This document shows, piece after piece, positions 60,667 through 64,000 of a stretch of DNA of 64,000 bases; the stretch's first letter is position 1; each line of letters starts with the position of its first letter. This DNA is from a bacterium (GTDB lineage Bacteria > Electryoneota > Electryoneia > Electryoneales > Electryoneaceae). A program made the translations under genes and the position numbers. The stretch is from the NCBI GenBank assembly GCA_963669175.1, contig OY769902.1, positions 4,096,001-4,160,000 of the forward strand, in the 5' to 3' direction. The notes under the pieces were generated by a model. It searched no databases, was not told where the DNA came from, and was given only the letters and a program-made list of their open reading frames with translations.

Positions 60667-61146
60667 CTAGACTGTGTTGTTTTGTAACCATTTTGAGAAT
60701 TCTCTGGTACATTTTTCTGGATAGGCCTGGATCAGATCCGCTGCAAGGATATGGATATCGGTATGGGTGCGATAGATCTGCATAGCGCGCCCACGCTTGC
60801 CTCCGAAAGTCATAACCAGCATCATTTCCGAGCTATCTTTCCGTTCAGGCTGGACATCGATCTTTTCCAGATATTCCTCCTTGAAATCAGGATAGTCGAA
60901 GCGTCGCAATTTGAAGGACCAGGTGCCCTTGTGGTAGGTTACGGGAGCGGTGTTGATCACACTGAGCAGCACGAAGACAAACACGGCTATACTAGCATAC
61001 GCCAGGAAGTTGTCATCCTTGATCAGTCCCTGGTTGTCAATAAAGGCACGTTTACAGAGAATCGCGGACAGCAGCAAAGCCAGGACAACAAACACGTAGG
61101 CCAATACCTTACCAAAACCGACACTCTTGTATTTGGTATTTTCCAT
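60667..61146 (-). CDS. Hypothetical membrane protein (2 TM)
   Basis: Two hydrophobic helices; GAGG upstream. Confidence 0.6.
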   Translation of the reverse strand: MENTKYKSVGFGKVLAYVFVVLALLLSAILCKRAFIDNQGLIKDDNFLAYASIAVFVFVLLSVINTAPVTYHKGTWSFKLRRFDYPDFKEEYLEKIDVQPERKDSSEMMLVMTFGGKRGRAMQIYRTHTDIHILAADLIQAYPEKCTREFSKWLQNNTV

Positions 61147-61210
61147 CCTCGCCCCCGGTATGTTGTATGCTTCACGAAGTGATTGTCTGGTAATATGGGA
61201 TATAAAAATG

Positions 61211-61318
61211 GTTTGGCCCGACTGCTTGCTGTCGGGAATCAGGTCAGATCAGATTTATCATCAGCGAGCGTGTACTTGAGCAAAACATGTTACATCCCGA
61301 CAGCAAGCAATCGGGCCA
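61211..61318. repeat. REP-like inverted doublet, family B
   Basis: GTTTGGCCCGACTGCTTGCTGTCGGG, with an inverted copy at 61293-61318. Confidence 0.8.
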
Positions 61319-61355
61319 CGCGCTTGTCGTAGAACAATACGTGATAATATTTGAC

Positions 61356-61601
61356 GGAAAATCGGGACTGCTACACGTTTCTGCAAGAGCCATTGCCTGA
61401 ACACAAGGTTAATGATGGATTTACAGGCAAATATTGGTCTTCATAGCGTATTCAAAAAGCAGAAAAGGTAGCTATCCCAGGATTTTCGACTGATCTCGAG
61501 CAACAAGCTGGCGAAAAATCTGGTACAGTTACCTTTTCATCAACATTGCCATCCGTGTCCTGCATTAAGAAACCAGAAAAGGTAACAGTCCCGTTTTTCG
61601 C
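61356..61601. repeat. Degenerate four-unit REP-like cluster related to family A
   Basis: Inverted pairs 61356-61384/61459-61487 and 61511-61538/61574-61601 with GAAAA..GG(G/T)AC.G cores. Confidence 0.55.
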
Positions 61602-61614
61602 CCGTCCCATGATA

Positions 61615-62769
61615 TCATTCCGCGATATGCTGCGGCACGATTATATCAAATCGTGTTCCCGAGTCCAGGGTTGAAGAAAATGAAATGGAACCGTGCAGGT
61701 ACTCTTCGGTGAGCAGTTTCATGCTGTAGGTGCCAAGGCCACGGTTGTCGCCCTTGGTTGAGAAGGAACGCTTGAACATCTCCGCTTGAAGTTCCTCGGG
61801 GATATAAGCATCGTTGACCACCCAGAATCGTGCGGACTCATCCTCACGGCACACCCCGATCCGAACCGCATCCCCTTCATAGCTGGCCTCAAGCGCGTTT
61901 TTCAGCATATTGCCAAGCACTCTGCCCAGTAGCACCGGGTCCGTATGCAGGGCAACATCTTCCGATTCAGAGACTACGGACAGGCTTTTACCCTTGGCAA
62001 CATTGTGTGTGATATAGGTGCCTACCAATCCGGAGATAACATCCAGCGCCTGCACAGTTTTCGGTTGGATCTCAAGATCACCACGTTCTGCTGCGACCAG
62101 ATCACGTTGCGCCTGAATCTCCTCCACTAGACGCTCGGATATTTGTAATAGCATCCTTGGACGGTGATCGTCTTCATCCGCACGGACTTCGATCACTTCC
62201 GCCATCCCCAGCACCGCACCCGCCAGGTTCAGAACATCATGGAAGAAAATCTTTTCCAGCACAGCACGCCGTTTCTGATCACTCACATCCATCAGGTAGA
62301 GAATGGTGAAGGTTTCGCCACCGTGGGTGAAGACAGTACTCCAGACCCGCAAATCCAGGGAACGCAGGTCAACTTCTTCTTTCGTAAGGATTCTACACTC
62401 ATGCACGGTGCTGAATCCTTCGAGCAAATCTCCCTTGGTACGTTCAATCGCATGCTTGATGCCGCATAGCGTACAGAGCTTGGACGAACCACATTCCAAA
62501 CCATCCCGGCCTGCATTAACACATTGCAGTACAGCGCCAATCTTCCGGCCGAAATGATCAGTTACCCCCAGTTGTTCGGTAAAATCCAGGAAAGCCATGT
62601 TGCTGAAGATGATGTCCCGATCAGCATTCAGGACTACCACGGAAATGGGTACGGCATTTAATAAAACTTCCAACATGGGGACTTCGTGCATCAGATTCTG
62701 TTGACGACGAAGTTCGCTCACAGGTGGAGGATAAGCTGCCGATTTTTTCTCAGGTTGCGTTTGTATCAT
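61615..62769 (-). CDS. Cytoplasmic sensor histidine kinase with Cys-rich PAS-like domain
   Basis: H-box FFHDVLN; N-box GNMLKNALEA; FSTKG..RGLG; ATG 62769 with GGAG RBS. Confidence 0.88.
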   Translation of the reverse strand: MIQTQPEKKSAAYPPPVSELRRQQNLMHEVPMLEVLLNAVPISVVVLNADRDIIFSNMAFLDFTEQLGVTDHFGRKIGAVLQCVNAGRDGLECGSSKLCTLCGIKHAIERTKGDLLEGFSTVHECRILTKEEVDLRSLDLRVWSTVFTHGGETFTILYLMDVSDQKRRAVLEKIFFHDVLNLAGAVLGMAEVIEVRADEDDHRPRMLLQISERLVEEIQAQRDLVAAERGDLEIQPKTVQALDVISGLVGTYITHNVAKGKSLSVVSESEDVALHTDPVLLGRVLGNMLKNALEASYEGDAVRIGVCREDESARFWVVNDAYIPEELQAEMFKRSFSTKGDNRGLGTYSMKLLTEEYLHGSISFSSTLDSGTRFDIIVPQHIAE

Positions 62770-62897
62770 ATCTCCATTCCCCAGAACATGGTAGCCATTA
62801 AAAATAATTGTGGATGTATTAAGGAACAAACCATGATTATTATGAATTCTGTCTCCCGGGATATATTCATGTCCCAATAACACTCATTTCTATTGAT

Positions 62898-64000
62898 CTA
62901 TCGTGGATAATAAGGCAATCGAACCTCAAACCGTGTGCCTTCTTTTTCAGAAGAAGAAAAGCTGGTCTGGCCGGCGAGGTATTGCTCAGCAATCAACTTC
63001 ATGCTGTAGGTTCCCAGCCCACGGTTGATCCCCTTGGTTGAGAAGGAACGTTTAAAAATCTCATGATGATAACGGCTGGGAATGTGCGCTTCATTATGCA
63101 CCCAGAACAGAATCCGGTCATTTTCCTGGGATGAACCGATTGTAACTGTTTCCTCTTTCTTACTGGCTTCCAGGGCATTTTTCAGCATATTTCCCAGTAC
63201 TCGTCCTAAAAGAACCGGGTCTGTTCTGAAGGTGATATTGTCCGTTCCCGCGGCAACATTAATTTTTTTGCCGCGTGCGCTGCCATGGGTAAGGTAAAAT
63301 CCAACCAGGCTGGAAATGATGGAAAGGGTATTGGTGTCCTTCATTTCGGGTTGCAGATGCCCACGTTCCGCGGCCAACAAGTCACGTTGCGCTTTGATCT
63401 CCTCGACCACCCGTTCGTTGATCTCGAGAAGCAGCTTTGGTTTGTTATCCTGACTGCCCCTGCTTTCCAGCGCAAGTACTTCCGCCAATCCCAGCGCCGC
63501 GCCTGACAAATTTAAAATATCATGGAAGAAGATCTGTTCCAGTGCGCCAAGCCGTTTTTCACCGCTGATATCCATGACGGTCAGGATCGTGAAACCCTGT
63601 CCATGATGGTGAAACGGTGTAGTCCAGATACGGAGGTCCAGTTGATTGATGTCCGCATCTACAGAGGTCATGATGCGGCACTCTTCCATATGGCTGAATT
63701 TTTCATCCGTCCTGGGTTTAAAAAGGCTGGTCATGGCTCCACAAGTCCAGCAGAATTCAGAAGTTCCGCAACCACCCGGACCTTCAGAAGCGTTTATGCA
63801 ATGAAACACTTCGCCGAACTTCTTCCCCAAAGCATCTTGTGAGCCGATACGTTCCAGCATTTCCAGAAAGGCGACATTTCCGAAAATGATCTGACGGTTT
63901 CCATTCAGCACAAGGACAGCAACCGGGATAGCATTCAGCAGGATTTCCAGCATGGGCACATCATGGAGAATGTGCTGTTGCTCTTTAATCTGGTCATCGT
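62898..64000 (-). CDS. Paralogous Cys-rich PAS sensor histidine kinase; 5' end outside window
   Basis: Same motifs as its neighbour (FFHDILN, GNMLKNALEA); frame stays open to the window edge. Confidence 0.88.
   Translation of the reverse strand, partial: DDQIKEQQHILHDVPMLEILLNAIPVAVLVLNGNRQIIFGNVAFLEMLERIGSQDALGKKFGEVFHCINASEGPGGCGTSEFCWTCGAMTSLFKPRTDEKFSHMEECRIMTSVDADINQLDLRIWTTPFHHHGQGFTILTVMDISGEKRLGALEQIFFHDILNLSGAALGLAEVLALESRGSQDNKPKLLLEINERVVEEIKAQRDLLAAERGHLQPEMKDTNTLSIISSLVGFYLTHGSARGKKINVAAGTDNITFRTDPVLLGRVLGNMLKNALEASKKEETVTIGSSQENDRILFWVHNEAHIPSRYHHEIFKRSFSTKGINRGLGTYSMKLIAEQYLAGQTSFSSSEKEGTRFEVRLPYYPR

Overview
Chromosomal window from what looks like an anaerobic, diderm FCB-superphylum-type bacterium. 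This is inferred from T9SS-type C-terminal sorting domains, PorV/PorP-like barrels, a TonB receptor and a single-chain PFOR. No rRNA, tRNA or CRISPR array was seen. It carries housekeeping genes (pyk, trmJ-like, coaE, nifJ, nitroreductase), transporters, a minus-strand surface locus (alkaline phosphatase, OB-fold T9SS protein, TonB receptor, PorV, lipoproteins), an AT-rich VapBC45-like TA pair and several families of REP-like intergenic palindromes. The main candidate for a new system is the plus-strand cluster at 37541-51453. It encodes a TPR protein with 11 tandem plus several dispersed copies of a FliM-N/CheZ-C-like CheY-binding peptide (FSQDDIDALL), a natural FliF(RBM3)-TM-FliG(M/C) fusion, a MotA/MotB stator of probable Na+ type, and, overlapping motB, a 1556-aa integrin-like FG-GAP/Ig-repeat protein with a type-B-like T9SS CTD followed by a PorP/SprF-like barrel. 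No flagellar export, rod, hook or filament genes are in the window. This suggests a flagellum-derived rotary motor coupled to a T9SS surface adhesin. All family calls come from motif recognition by eye; no database searches were run.
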